Origin: Candidatus Krumholzibacteriia bacterium | GTDB lineage: Bacteria; Krumholzibacteriota; Krumholzibacteriia; LZORAL124-64-63 | Direction of reading: 5' to 3' | Length of the DNA: 64,000 nucleotides | Assembly (NCBI GenBank): GCA_046484865.1 | Contig: JAWOID010000104.1 | Location: forward strand, 1 to 64,000 | In this document: positions 9,034 through 19,200 of the stretch, one piece after another | How positions within the stretch are numbered: the first letter of the stretch is position 1 | How the letters are laid out: each line of letters begins with the position of its first letter | Notes under the pieces: generated by a model | Seen by the model: only the letters and a program-made list of their open reading frames with translations | Told to the model about the DNA's origin: nothing | Database searches by the model: none | Position numbers and translations under genes: made by a program

Positions 9034-11298
9034 TCAGAACTCGTGACCGAGTTGGAGGTAGAGCGCGTCGCCGGCGCCGGCGCCCACACCGTAGAGCAAA
9101 GCGGCCGGCCCGACCGGCGTGTCGGCCTGCAGGCCGGCCGAGACGCCGCCGAGGAGGCCCGAGAGGGCCAGCTCGCTCCGCTCGGCGAAGACGTTGCCCG
9201 CCGCCACGATCACCGTCGGCCACAGCCGTTCCCGCACCCGCACCCGGTAACCGGCGAACACGGACGCGGCGTGCGGCCCCCACAGCTGCTGGCGATTGCG
9301 GCCGGGCATCTGCTGCGGTCCGCCCCGGCGCGGGAACAGGTCGAGTGGCAGCACGCCGCCGGACAGGCTCAGCTCGCCGCCCGCGGACAGCACGTGCTCG
9401 TCGCCGGCATTCAGATGGGCTTCCATCGAGACGGAAACCTGCCGGTGGTCGCGACCGTCGCGAGCCGTGGACAGGGCGTCTCTGGCGCGTAAACGCAGTC
9501 GCACGCCCGTGGTCGGCAACTCCACGCTGTCGCGGCTATCGAGCACCAGTTCCGCCACCGCCAGCAGGTGCTCGCGGGTAGCGGCGGCGCTCGCGGCCGC
9601 CTGGTCGCCCGGGGCCGCGGGCACGGCGGGCAGTCCGACGCCCTCCGGCAGAGGGCGCGCCCGCTGCCAGACCCGCTCCCAGCGGAGCCCGACCGTCACG
9701 AGCACGGGTCCAGCCAGGCGCAAGCCCGCCCGCCCTTCCGCGTGCAGGGCCGACCACTCGGGGCGTTCGTCGCCGCCGTCGTACACCGGCGGCGTCTCGT
9801 GTGACCAGAGCCCGTCCAGACGCCAGATGAAGCGGCTCTGACCCAGCGCATCGCCCACGACCTGCAGTCCAGCCACGTCGAGGACGCCGCCCGCCCTCGC
9901 GACGGGCATGAAGCGCTCGCTCAGCCCCAGCAGGTCGTGATGGACGATCTGCACGAATCCGGCCGTCCCGAGGTCGCTGAACCAGGCGGCCCCGAGGTTG
10001 AGGCGGTGCGGACGGCGCTCCACCACGTGGATGGTGACGGTCACCTCGTCGGGCGCCGGCCGCGCCAGGCCGAGCCAGACGTTCTCGTAGAAGCCGGTGG
10101 CGTGCAGGTCCTGCACCCCTCGCAGCGCTGCTTCCATGTCGAAGCGGGAACCGGGCGCCAGGCCGACGACGTCGCGAACGGCGTCGGCGCTCACCGTCCG
10201 CGCGCCGGCCACCGCCACCGAGCCGATCCGGGCGCGGCCGAGAGCATCGCGATCGAGCCGCCGGCGGGCATCTCCGGTCCAGTGGCGGCGAGGCAGCGCC
10301 TCCGCCACCCTTTCGAGCGCGGCCCGGCCCGCGCGATACCCGATCGTCACGAGCGAGTCGAGGCCGCTGAAGGCCATCGTGTCGTGGATCCCGATCTCCG
10401 GCTCGATCGCCACGTCGGCTGCGGCGAGCGACGCCCGCTTCATCTCCCGGGTCATGATCTCGAAGGTGTGCAGGCCCACGTCGACGAGGTTTCTCGGCTC
10501 CTCACCCAGCTCGGCCAGGCGTCCCAGCTCCACGGCGATCACGAGGTCGGCGCCCAGTTCCCTGGCAGCGTCGGTGGGCAGCACGTTGAGGATCCCGCCG
10601 TCCACCAGCAGGAGGCCCTGGTGGCGCACCGGGTCGAAGATCAGCGGCATGGCGATGCTGGCCTGCACGGCCCGGGCCAGGCTGCCCCGGCCGAGGGTCA
10701 GCAGGTCGCCATCGACGAGATCGACGGCGATGGCCCGGAACGGCACCGCGAGACTGTCGAAGTCGCTGCAGGCTGCATAGTCGGCCGGGCCGAGCTGCCG
10801 GAACAGGTGCTCGTAGGCCCGCTGGGTGCCGATGAGGCCGGTGGGAAGCTCCACGTCCCAGAAGGCATACGGAAAGCTCGCCAGCGCCGGCAGCGTTCCA
10901 CGGCGCTCGTGTCGGAAGGCGGGGTCGCGCGGGGGGCCGGAGGCGAAGATCGCGTCCCAGTCGGTGTCGCACACCAGCTCGCGCATCTCCTCGCCGGAGA
11001 AGCCGGCCGCATAGAGGCCGCCGACGATGCTGCCCATGCTGGTGCCGGTCACGACGTCCACCGGCACCCCTGCTTCCTCGAGGGCGATGATCACGCCGAT
11101 GTGGCCGATGCCGCGGGCGCCGCCGCCACCGAGCGCGAGTCCCACCCGCGGCCGCGGGGGATCGGCGGCCGCCGCCGCTGCCGGCGCGGGCGCGGCGAAC
11201 CACGGCAGCAGCACCGCGATCGCCAGGGCGAGGGCGTCCGCCCCGGGGCGGTACGGCCGGGGTCCAGGGGAGGCGGATGGCGTGACGGCTCCCGTCAC
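9034..11298 (-). CDS. Patatin-like phospholipase with POTRA and Omp85-like barrel (PlpD / type Vd-like)
   Basis: Signal-like N-terminus; GGGGARG, GTSMG and DGG patatin motifs; POTRA-like segment; terminal LGHEF. GTG start overlaps the egtD stop. Confidence 0.8.
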   Translation of the reverse strand: MTGAVTPSASPGPRPYRPGADALALAIAVLLPWFAAPAPAAAAAADPPRPRVGLALGGGGARGIGHIGVIIALEEAGVPVDVVTGTSMGSIVGGLYAAGFSGEEMRELVCDTDWDAIFASGPPRDPAFRHERRGTLPALASFPYAFWDVELPTGLIGTQRAYEHLFRQLGPADYAACSDFDSLAVPFRAIAVDLVDGDLLTLGRGSLARAVQASIAMPLIFDPVRHQGLLLVDGGILNVLPTDAARELGADLVIAVELGRLAELGEEPRNLVDVGLHTFEIMTREMKRASLAAADVAIEPEIGIHDTMAFSGLDSLVTIGYRAGRAALERVAEALPRRHWTGDARRRLDRDALGRARIGSVAVAGARTVSADAVRDVVGLAPGSRFDMEAALRGVQDLHATGFYENVWLGLARPAPDEVTVTIHVVERRPHRLNLGAAWFSDLGTAGFVQIVHHDLLGLSERFMPVARAGGVLDVAGLQVVGDALGQSRFIWRLDGLWSHETPPVYDGGDERPEWSALHAEGRAGLRLAGPVLVTVGLRWERVWQRARPLPEGVGLPAVPAAPGDQAAASAAATREHLLAVAELVLDSRDSVELPTTGVRLRLRARDALSTARDGRDHRQVSVSMEAHLNAGDEHVLSAGGELSLSGGVLPLDLFPRRGGPQQMPGRNRQQLWGPHAASVFAGYRVRVRERLWPTVIVAAGNVFAERSELALSGLLGGVSAGLQADTPVGPAALLYGVGAGAGDALYLQLGHEF

Positions 11299-12266
11299 CG
11301 TGCAGCCGGGCCGAGGTACTGCACGCTGAAGAGCCGGGCATCGTCGGTCCACACCGACCGCACCTGCCAGCCGCAGCCGGCCGCCAGGGCCGAGAATTCC
11401 TCGAGGGTGTACTTGTAGCTGTTCTCGGTGTGGATGGTCTCGCCGGCGCGGAACTCCACCCGCGTGCCGTTCACCCGCACCGACTGGGGCACGAGGCTTT
11501 CCAGGTGCATCTCCACCCGGCCGTGCTCGTCGTTCCACACCGCGCGGTGACGGAACCGATCGAGGACGAAGTCGGCGCCCAGATCGCGATTGAGCCGGCG
11601 CAGGAGGTTGAGGTCGAAGGCCGCCGTGACACCCGCCGCGTCGTCGTAGGCGGCCTCCAGCACCGCGGGGTCCTTGCGCAGGTCCACGCCGATCAGCAGC
11701 GCGCCGTCTCTGCCCACGGTGCGGCGGATGCGGCGCAGGAACCGTTGCGCCGCGCCGGGAGCGAAGTTGCCGATCGTGGAGCCGGGGAAGAACGCCGCGC
11801 GCCGTCGCGGCTCCAGGCGCGGATGGGGCAGGTCGAGCGGTTCGGTGTAGTCTGCACAGACCGGCAGCACCTCCAGGCGGGGGAACCGCCCCCGCAGACG
11901 GCGCAACGACGCGAGCAACGCATCTTCGCTGATCTCGATCGGCACGTAGGCGACCGGGGTTGCGAGGCGGCTCAGCAGCAGCTCGGTCTTGACCGCGCTG
12001 CCGCTGCCGTACTCGAGGACGAGGCAGCCCGGACCGAGTTCCGCAGCCATCTCGTCGCCGTGCCGGCGCAAGATCGCGATCTCCGTGCGGGTGGGATAGT
12101 ACTCCGGCAGATCGCAGATGCGCTCGAAGAGATGCGAGCCGCGCTCGTCATAGAGGTACTTGCAGGCGACGGTCTTCTGCGGCTGCGCCAGCCCGGCGAC
12201 GATCTCGCGTCGCATCCTGGTGAACTGATCGCCGGCGAGGTCCGGTTGTGGCTCCACGATCGTCAC
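11295..12266 (-). CDS. egtD: L-histidine N-alpha-trimethyltransferase
   Basis: KYLYDERGSHLFERICDLPEYYPTRTE, EYGSGS, FFPGSTIGNF, AYDDAAGVTAAF, IHTENSYKY. GTG at 12266 overlaps the egtB stop. Confidence 0.93.
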   Translation of the reverse strand: MTIVEPQPDLAGDQFTRMRREIVAGLAQPQKTVACKYLYDERGSHLFERICDLPEYYPTRTEIAILRRHGDEMAAELGPGCLVLEYGSGSAVKTELLLSRLATPVAYVPIEISEDALLASLRRLRGRFPRLEVLPVCADYTEPLDLPHPRLEPRRRAAFFPGSTIGNFAPGAAQRFLRRIRRTVGRDGALLIGVDLRKDPAVLEAAYDDAAGVTAAFDLNLLRRLNRDLGADFVLDRFRHRAVWNDEHGRVEMHLESLVPQSVRVNGTRVEFRAGETIHTENSYKYTLEEFSALAAGCGWQVRSVWTDDARLFSVQYLGPAAR

Positions 12267-13651
12267 TCCCCTCCGTCGCGGGCCAGGCGCAGACCGCTGA
12301 ACTGCCAGCGGGCCGCCGGTCCGAAGAAGTTCCGGTAGGTGGCGCGGATGTGTCCGGCAGGCGTGACGCACGAACCGCCGCGCAGCACCATCTGGCCGGA
12401 CATGAACTTGGCGTTGTACTCGCCGAGCGCGCCGGCGGGCGCCTGGAAGCCCGGATACGGGCGATAGGGACTGGCCGTCCACTCCCAGACGTCGCCGAAG
12501 AGTTGGCGGGGCCCGCCGCCGGCCGCGGGCGGCGCCGGCACCGGGTGCAGGATGCCGTCGGCGGCGAGATGCCCCCGCACGGGCTGCGTGGCCGCCACCG
12601 CTTCCCACTCCTCCTCGGTCGGGAGCCGCGCGCCGGCCCAGCGGGCGAAGGCGTCGGCCTCGAAGAAGCTCAGGTGGCAGACCGGCGCCTCCAGGTCCAC
12701 CGGCAGCAGGCCGGCCAGCGTGAACACATGCCACTCGCCGTCGCGACGCTCCCAGTAGAGCGGCGCCTCCCAGGAGCCGGCCCGTGCCGCATCCCAGCCC
12801 TCGCTGAGCCACGGGTCCGGGCGCCGGTAGCCGTCGTCGCCCATGAACTCCACGAACTCGCCGCAGGTCACGAGGCGGTCGGCCAGCCGGAACGGTTCGA
12901 GGAAGACGCGGTGGCGCGGTCCCTCGTTGTCGAAGGCGAACCCGCCGCCGGCGTGGCCCACCTCCAGCAACCCGCCCGGATGCGCCGTCCAGTCGGGATC
13001 GTCGCCGCCGCCGGCGGGGGAAGACACCAGCGTGGGGCGAGCGGAATCCGGTCGATAGGAGGGCAGCAGGGGGTTGAGGGAAAAGAGGTGCTTCACGTCG
13101 GTGAGAAGCAGTTCCTGATGCTGCTGCTCGTGGTTCAAGCCGATCTCGAGCAGCCGTTCCAGCTCCGCCAGCCGCTCCCCGGACGCCGCTTCCAGCAGTG
13201 CCGCGAGGTGATCGTCGACATGCCTGCGGTAGGCGCGCACCTCGGCGTGCCCGGGGCGGGTGAGGATTCCGCGCCGCGGCCGCGGAAAGGGCGTGCCCAG
13301 GGCGTTGTAGTACGAGTTGAAGAGATATCCGAATCGCGGGTGGAAGGGTTCGTAGCCGGCAAGGTGCGGAACGAGCAGAAAGGTCTCGAAGAACCACGTG
13401 GTGTGCGCCAGGTGCCACTTGGCCGGGCTCGCATCCGGCATGCTCTGCGCCGCCATGTCCTCGTCCGTCAGCGGTGCGCACAGGTCTTCCGTGGCGCGTC
13501 GCACCGCCACGTACTCGCCGAGAAGGCTCCAGGCGGGCCTCCCGGCGGACCTCGTCGCGCGGGCGGCCCGGGGATCGCCGGGAGCGAGGCCATCCCCGGA
13601 GCGGACCTCGCCCTCTTCGTGGAGGCGGTCGTCGTCGGCCTCGTGACTCAT
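12263..13651 (-). CDS. egtB: Ergothioneine biosynthesis sulfoxide synthase (DinB_2 + FGE-like)
   Basis: QSMPDASPAKWHLAHTTWFFE, FNSYY, HEQQH iron motif, RLPTEEEWE, GDVWEWT, EYNAKFM, RWQFSGLRLA. RBS before ATG 13651. Confidence 0.93.
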   Translation of the reverse strand: MSHEADDDRLHEEGEVRSGDGLAPGDPRAARATRSAGRPAWSLLGEYVAVRRATEDLCAPLTDEDMAAQSMPDASPAKWHLAHTTWFFETFLLVPHLAGYEPFHPRFGYLFNSYYNALGTPFPRPRRGILTRPGHAEVRAYRRHVDDHLAALLEAASGERLAELERLLEIGLNHEQQHQELLLTDVKHLFSLNPLLPSYRPDSARPTLVSSPAGGGDDPDWTAHPGGLLEVGHAGGGFAFDNEGPRHRVFLEPFRLADRLVTCGEFVEFMGDDGYRRPDPWLSEGWDAARAGSWEAPLYWERRDGEWHVFTLAGLLPVDLEAPVCHLSFFEADAFARWAGARLPTEEEWEAVAATQPVRGHLAADGILHPVPAPPAAGGGPRQLFGDVWEWTASPYRPYPGFQAPAGALGEYNAKFMSGQMVLRGGSCVTPAGHIRATYRNFFGPAARWQFSGLRLARDGGE

Positions 13652-13692
13652 TCTCCGGCTCCTCGGTGGTCGGACGCGTGGGCGCGTCCCGG

Positions 13693-15255
13693 TCACACGG
13701 TCTGCGGCTGCAGGCGCAGCCCGCGCGGGACCAGGCGCCGTTCCGCCAGCTCGAAAAGGCCCTGCAGCGCCAGGGCGAGCAGCGCCGCCGGCACGGCACC
13801 CAGCAGGATCAGCGGCACGCTGTCGAGTCGGATCCCCGTGAGGATGGGCTGGCCGTAACCACCCGCTCCGATGAGGGCGCCGAGCGTCGCGGTGCCCACG
13901 TTGATAACGGCGGACGTCTTGATGCCGGCCAGGATGGCGCGGCTGGCGAGCGGCAGCTCGATCTTCAGCAGCTGCACGCGACGCGGCAGACCCAGCGCCT
14001 CGGCCGACTCGCGGATCTCCAGCGGGATGCCGGTCAGCCCGGCATGCGTGTTGCGCAGGACCGGCAGGAGGCTGTAGAGGAACAGGGCCGTCACCGCGGG
14101 CACGGCTCCGATGCCCAGCAACGGGATCATGAGCACCAGCAGAGCCAGGGCCGGGATGGTCTGCAGGATGCCGGCCACGGTCAGCACCACCTGCCCCAGA
14201 CGCCGCCGCCGTGCAGCGACCACGCCCAGCGGCACCGCCACCAGGACCGCCGCCGTGAGCGAGACACCCACCAGTGCCAGGTGTTCGAGCGTGTGCCGCA
14301 GCAGGCGGTCCTTCCAGTCGGGTCCCGCGACGACGAGGCCGGCGTCCAGCCCCAGCTCCGCGGTCAGGAAGCCGGCCGCCACCACGGCGGCGGGTTCCCC
14401 CGCGACCTTCGCCCGCGCGTTGAGAGCGGCCATCTCGACAGCGGAGAGGCGGCCGGCCAGCGAAGCGAAGGCGTTCGTCACCTCGGGATGGGTCCGTACC
14501 AGCTCCGCGCGGTAGAGGACCACCGCCCGGTACTCGGGGAAGTGCTCGCGGTCGTCCGCGAGCACGGTCAGTCCGTGCTCCGCGATCTCGGCATCGGTGG
14601 AGTAGAAGTCGGTCACGTCCAGGTCGCCGGCCAGCAGCGCGCGGTAGGCGAGATCGTGATCGAGACCGCGCACGGCGAGACCGTGCAGATCGTAGGCATC
14701 GCGCAGGGCGGGCCAGCCGTCACGCCGGTCGAGGAACTCGCTGGTGAACCCCACGCGCAGATCGGAACGGTCGCGCAGCGCGGAGATGGTGCCGATGCCG
14801 TGCTCCTGCGCCCGGTCGGCGCGCATGCCGAGCGCGTAGGTGTTCTCGAAGCCCAGCGGCGGACCGATCACCACCCCGTGGGGGGCCAGGGCGGTGCGGA
14901 GCGCATCGAGGTCGCCGGCCGACGCGCCGGGGGGCAGGGCGCCGCCGAGGATCTCCTCGGCGATCGTCCCGGTATACTCGGGGTAGGCGTCGATGTCGCC
15001 CCTTCGCAACGCATTCCAGAGCACGCGCGTGCCGCCCAGCTCGGGCCGGTGCACCGCGGCCGCGCCCGCATCGCGGGCCAGCAGCGCCAGCATCTCGCCC
15101 AGGATCACCGACTCGGTGAACTTCTTCGACGCCACGCGTACGGGGCGGCGTTCGTCCGCGGCGGCGACGCCGGGCACGGCCGACCACATCCCGGTGGCGA
15201 GCAGCCAGGCCGCTCCCGTCGCGATCAGTCGGTGCGCGTGCCGTGCGCGGATCAC
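13693..15255 (-). CDS. Osmoprotectant/quaternary-amine ABC transporter, fused substrate-binding protein + permease
   Basis: SBP motifs ASKKFTES, YPEYTGT, NTYAL, YSTDA, followed by a permease with QTIPALA and the ESAEALG EAA loop. Confidence 0.88.
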   Translation of the reverse strand: MIRARHAHRLIATGAAWLLATGMWSAVPGVAAADERRPVRVASKKFTESVILGEMLALLARDAGAAAVHRPELGGTRVLWNALRRGDIDAYPEYTGTIAEEILGGALPPGASAGDLDALRTALAPHGVVIGPPLGFENTYALGMRADRAQEHGIGTISALRDRSDLRVGFTSEFLDRRDGWPALRDAYDLHGLAVRGLDHDLAYRALLAGDLDVTDFYSTDAEIAEHGLTVLADDREHFPEYRAVVLYRAELVRTHPEVTNAFASLAGRLSAVEMAALNARAKVAGEPAAVVAAGFLTAELGLDAGLVVAGPDWKDRLLRHTLEHLALVGVSLTAAVLVAVPLGVVAARRRRLGQVVLTVAGILQTIPALALLVLMIPLLGIGAVPAVTALFLYSLLPVLRNTHAGLTGIPLEIRESAEALGLPRRVQLLKIELPLASRAILAGIKTSAVINVGTATLGALIGAGGYGQPILTGIRLDSVPLILLGAVPAALLALALQGLFELAERRLVPRGLRLQPQTV

Positions 15256-16187
15256 GCCGGCGCCTCCGGATGCTCCGGCGGCTCCGGATGCCCCGGCGGC
15301 CCTGGCGCCTTCGGCGGCTCGCCGGCACCGGGTGCGCCGGGCCTTCCGGTTGCTCCGGACGATGCATCCAGGTCGTCGCCCACGGACGACAGCTCGCCGT
15401 GGATCAGCCGCTGCGCGCCGACGAAGCGCTGCACGAAGGGGGCGGCCGGCCGCCGGGTCAGGTCGGCGTAGGTGCCGTCCTGCACCACCGAGCCCTGGTG
15501 CAGCAGGACCAGGCGATCGGCGAGATACCGGGCCTCGGCCAGGTCGTGGGTCACGAGCACCACGGTCTTGTCCAGCGTCTCGAAGATGCGGCGCAGGTCC
15601 TGCTGCAGCTCCGAGCGGATGAGAGGGTCGAGCGCGCCCAGCGGTTCGTCCAGCAACAGCACCGCGGGATCGAGCATCAACGCACGCATGAGCGCCACCC
15701 GCTGGCGCTGCCCGCCCGACAGCTCCGCCGGGTAACGCGCCATGATGCCGCTGGGCAGGCGCGCGAGCTGCGCCAGTTCTTCCGTGCGGGTGGCGATGCG
15801 CAGCCGCGACCAGCCCAGATGACGCGCCTGGAGGCTCAGGTTCTCGGCGGCGGTGAGGTGGGGAAAGAGGCCGCCGTCCTGGATCACATAGCCCAGGCCC
15901 AGGCGGATGCGGTTGGCCGACGTCCGGTCGAGCGGCTTTCCCTGGACCAGCACCTCGCCGGTATCCGCCGCCACCAGGCCGACCAGCAGCCGCAGCAGGG
16001 TCGATTTGCCGCCGCCGCTCGGTCCGATCAGCGCCAGCCGTGTGCCGGCCGGAACCTCCAGGTCGACGGGGTGCAGGGCCGTCGCGGTGCCGTACCGCTT
16101 GCTGGCGCCGCGAGCCTCCAGCGCCGCGGGGGCGGGAGGCTGCACTCCGACGTCCACGTCGGCGGCGAGTTGGCTGCTGGGGCCCAT
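15252..16187 (-). CDS. ABC transporter ATP-binding subunit (OpuA/ProV-like)
   Basis: GPSGGGKS, GYVIQDGGLFPH, LSGGQ, LLDEP, VTHD. Confidence 0.9.
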   Translation of the reverse strand: MGPSSQLAADVDVGVQPPAPAALEARGASKRYGTATALHPVDLEVPAGTRLALIGPSGGGKSTLLRLLVGLVAADTGEVLVQGKPLDRTSANRIRLGLGYVIQDGGLFPHLTAAENLSLQARHLGWSRLRIATRTEELAQLARLPSGIMARYPAELSGGQRQRVALMRALMLDPAVLLLDEPLGALDPLIRSELQQDLRRIFETLDKTVVLVTHDLAEARYLADRLVLLHQGSVVQDGTYADLTRRPAAPFVQRFVGAQRLIHGELSSVGDDLDASSGATGRPGAPGAGEPPKAPGPPGHPEPPEHPEAPA

Positions 16188-16245
16188 GCAGCCAGGCTAA
16201 GCACGCGTGGGGCGATCAGCCACCCCGGGCGCCGCCGTCCGCCGC

Positions 16246-19200
16246 TCAGGTGCGCCGGGCTTCTGCCGGGGGTGCGGACTGCGTCTGCGGATCGTCCGCC
16301 GGCTCGATCTCGCGCACCCGCCGCGCCGCGGTGAAACGCGCCAGCAACGAGTACACGACGGGTACGAGCACCAGGGTCAGGAAGGTGGCGAAGAGGATGC
16401 CGCCGACGATGGCCACGCCCAGCGGCCGCCGCGACTCGGCGCCCGCGCCCGCTCCCACCGCGATGGGCAGGATGCCGAAGACCGTCGAGAGCGAGGTCAT
16501 CAGGATGGGACGTAGACGGATGCGCGCCGCCTCCTGCACGGCCGCCGTGACGTCTCGCCCGCGAGCTCGCAGCTGGTTGGCGAACTCCACGATGAGGATG
16601 GAGTTCTTGGTCACCAGCCCGATCAGCATCACCAGGCCGATCTGCGAGTAGATGTTCATGCTCTGGCCGAACAGCGTGAGCGAAGCCACGGCGCCCACGA
16701 CCGCCAGCGGCACCGACAGCAGGATCACCAGCGGATGGACGAAGCTCTCGAACTGCGCCGCCAGGACCAGGTAGATGAACACCACCGCCAGGATGAACAT
16801 GAAGGCCAGGCTGCCGGTCGACTCGCGGTACTCCAGCGACTGCCCCGAGAGGTCGCGCCGGATGCCGGCGGGCAGGGCGGTGGCGGCGATGCGGTCGAGG
16901 TCGTCCAGGGCGCTGCCCAGGTCGACCCCGGGCGCGAGGTTGGCGGTCACCGTCGCCGCGCGCACGCGGTTGTAGTGGTTCAGCTCCTTCGGCGCCACCG
17001 TCTCCTCCACCCGCACGAGATTGGCGAGCTGGACCAGTTCGCCGCTCGCCGACCGCAGGTAGATCTGGCGGATCACGTCGGGCGTGGCGCGGCTGGACGG
17101 CCGGAGCTGCGCGATGACGTCGTACTGCTTGGTGCCGCGCTTGAAGTCGCCCACCACGCGTCCGCCCAGGAACGTCTCCAGCGTGGTCCCGATATCGGTG
17201 ACCGTCACTCCCAGCTCGGCCGCCCGATCACGATCGATGGCGATATCGAGCTGCGGCTTGTTCAGGCGCAGGTCGGTGTCGAGATTCAGCAGGTAGCCCA
17301 GCTTCGAGGCCTCGCTCATGAAGATCTGCACGGCCCCGCTCAGCTCGTCGTAGGTCTCCGCCTGCAGCACGTAGTTGATGGGGGTCGTGCTGAAGCGGCC
17401 GCCGAGGCTGGGCGGGTTGACCACGAACGCCAGCACGCCGGGCACCGCCATCAGGCGCGGGAAGAGCGACGCCACGATCTCCTGCTGGGAGCGCTCGCGC
17501 TCGTCGCGCGGCACGAGGTTGAGGAACATGAAGCCGTTGGTCACGCGCCCCGGTCCGCCGAAGCCGAGTCCGACGGCGCTGAACAGGCCGCGGTGCTCCG
17601 GCAGGGCGAGCAGGATATCCTCGATCTCGCGCTGGTAGCGGTCGGTGTACTCCAGCGTGGCGCCCTCGGGCGCGGTGACGATGCCGAAGCCCACGCCGCG
17701 GTCCTCGGTGGGGACTAGCTCGCGCGGTAGCTCTCCGTACATCCAGACCCCGCCCGCCACCAGCAGCACCATCAGCCCCACCACCAGCGCGCGCCGGCGC
17801 AGGGCCAGGTCGAGCGTGCCGCCGTAGGCGCGGTCGAGGCCGCGGAAGAAGGCGTTGAACGAGCGGTCGGTCCACTTCTGCGACCTCGTCTCGTCGTGCC
17901 GGCGCAGGATCAACGAGCAGAGCGTGGGGGTGAGGGTGAGAGCCACGAACGAGGAGATCACCACCGAGGCTGCCAGCATGATGCCGAACTCGCGGAACAG
18001 CCGGCCCACCGTGCCGGTGAGGAACGCCACCGGGACGAAGACGGCCACCAGCGAGATGGTGGTGGCGATCACGGCGAAGGCGATCTCGGCCGTGCCGTCG
18101 CGGGCCGCCAGCAGGCGGGGCTTGCGCATCTCGAGGTGGCGGAAGCAGTTCTCCAGCACGACGATCGCGTCGTCCACCACCAGTCCGATGGCCAGCACCA
18201 GCGCCAGCAGCGTGATGATGTTCACCGTGAACCCGAGGGCGAAGGCCACCGTGTAGGCGCCGATGATGGCGATGGGGATGGCGATGATCGGGATCACGGT
18301 GGCGCGCACGCTCTTGAGGAACAGCAGCACCACCAGCACCACCAGCCCGGTGGCGATGAGCAGGGTCTGGGCCACCTCGCCGATCGACTCCTCGATGAAC
18401 ACCGCCGAGTCGTAGGCGATGTGCAGGGTCATCCCCGGCGGCACCGCCGCCTGGAGCTCCGGCACCACACGCCGCACTTCCTGGGCCACGGCGATGGTGC
18501 TGGCCTGCTTCTGTTTCACGACGCCGAGGCCCACCGCCGGCAGGCCGTTGAACCGGGTCACGGTCCGCTCGTCCTCGGGTCCGATCTCCACCGAGGCGAC
18601 ATCCCGCAGACGCACGATGTCGGCGCCTCGCTGGGCCACCACCACGTCGGCGAATTCCTCGGGCTGCTGCAGCTCGCCGCGGGTGCGCACGGCGAACTCG
18701 CGCTCCACGCCCTCGACGCGGCCGGCGGGGATCTCCGCGTTCTCCTGCCGGATGGCCTGTTCCACGTCCTGGGTGGTGAGCCCGTGCGCGGCCATACGCT
18801 GGGGATCGAGCCAAACGCGCATGGCGTACCGTCGCTCGCCGCCGATGAAGACCGAACCCACGCCGGGCAAGCGTTGCAGCCGCTCCTTGATGATGCGGTC
18901 GGCCACGTCCGACAGTTCGAGGGTGGAGTGCCGCTCGCTGCTGAAGGCCAGCCACATGACCGGCTGGGCATTCACGTCCACCTTGGCGACGATCGGATCC
19001 TCGGCCTCGCGGGGCAGACGGCCGCGCACGCGTGCCACGCGGTCGCGCACGTCGTTGGCCGCCGCATCGACGTCGCGGCTCAGCTCGAATTCCACCGTGA
19101 TGCCAGAGCCCTGCTCGCGACTGGAACTGGTGATGGTCCTCACGCCCTCGATGGTCGCGAACTGTTCCTCGAGGATGTCCGTGATCTCGGTCTCCACCAC

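Noticed and set aside
11295..13651. Selenoneine or ovothiol pathway
   Set aside because: No selD/senB neighbours and no C-terminal methyltransferase domain on the sulfoxide synthase. The egtB-egtD pairing indicates ergothioneine.
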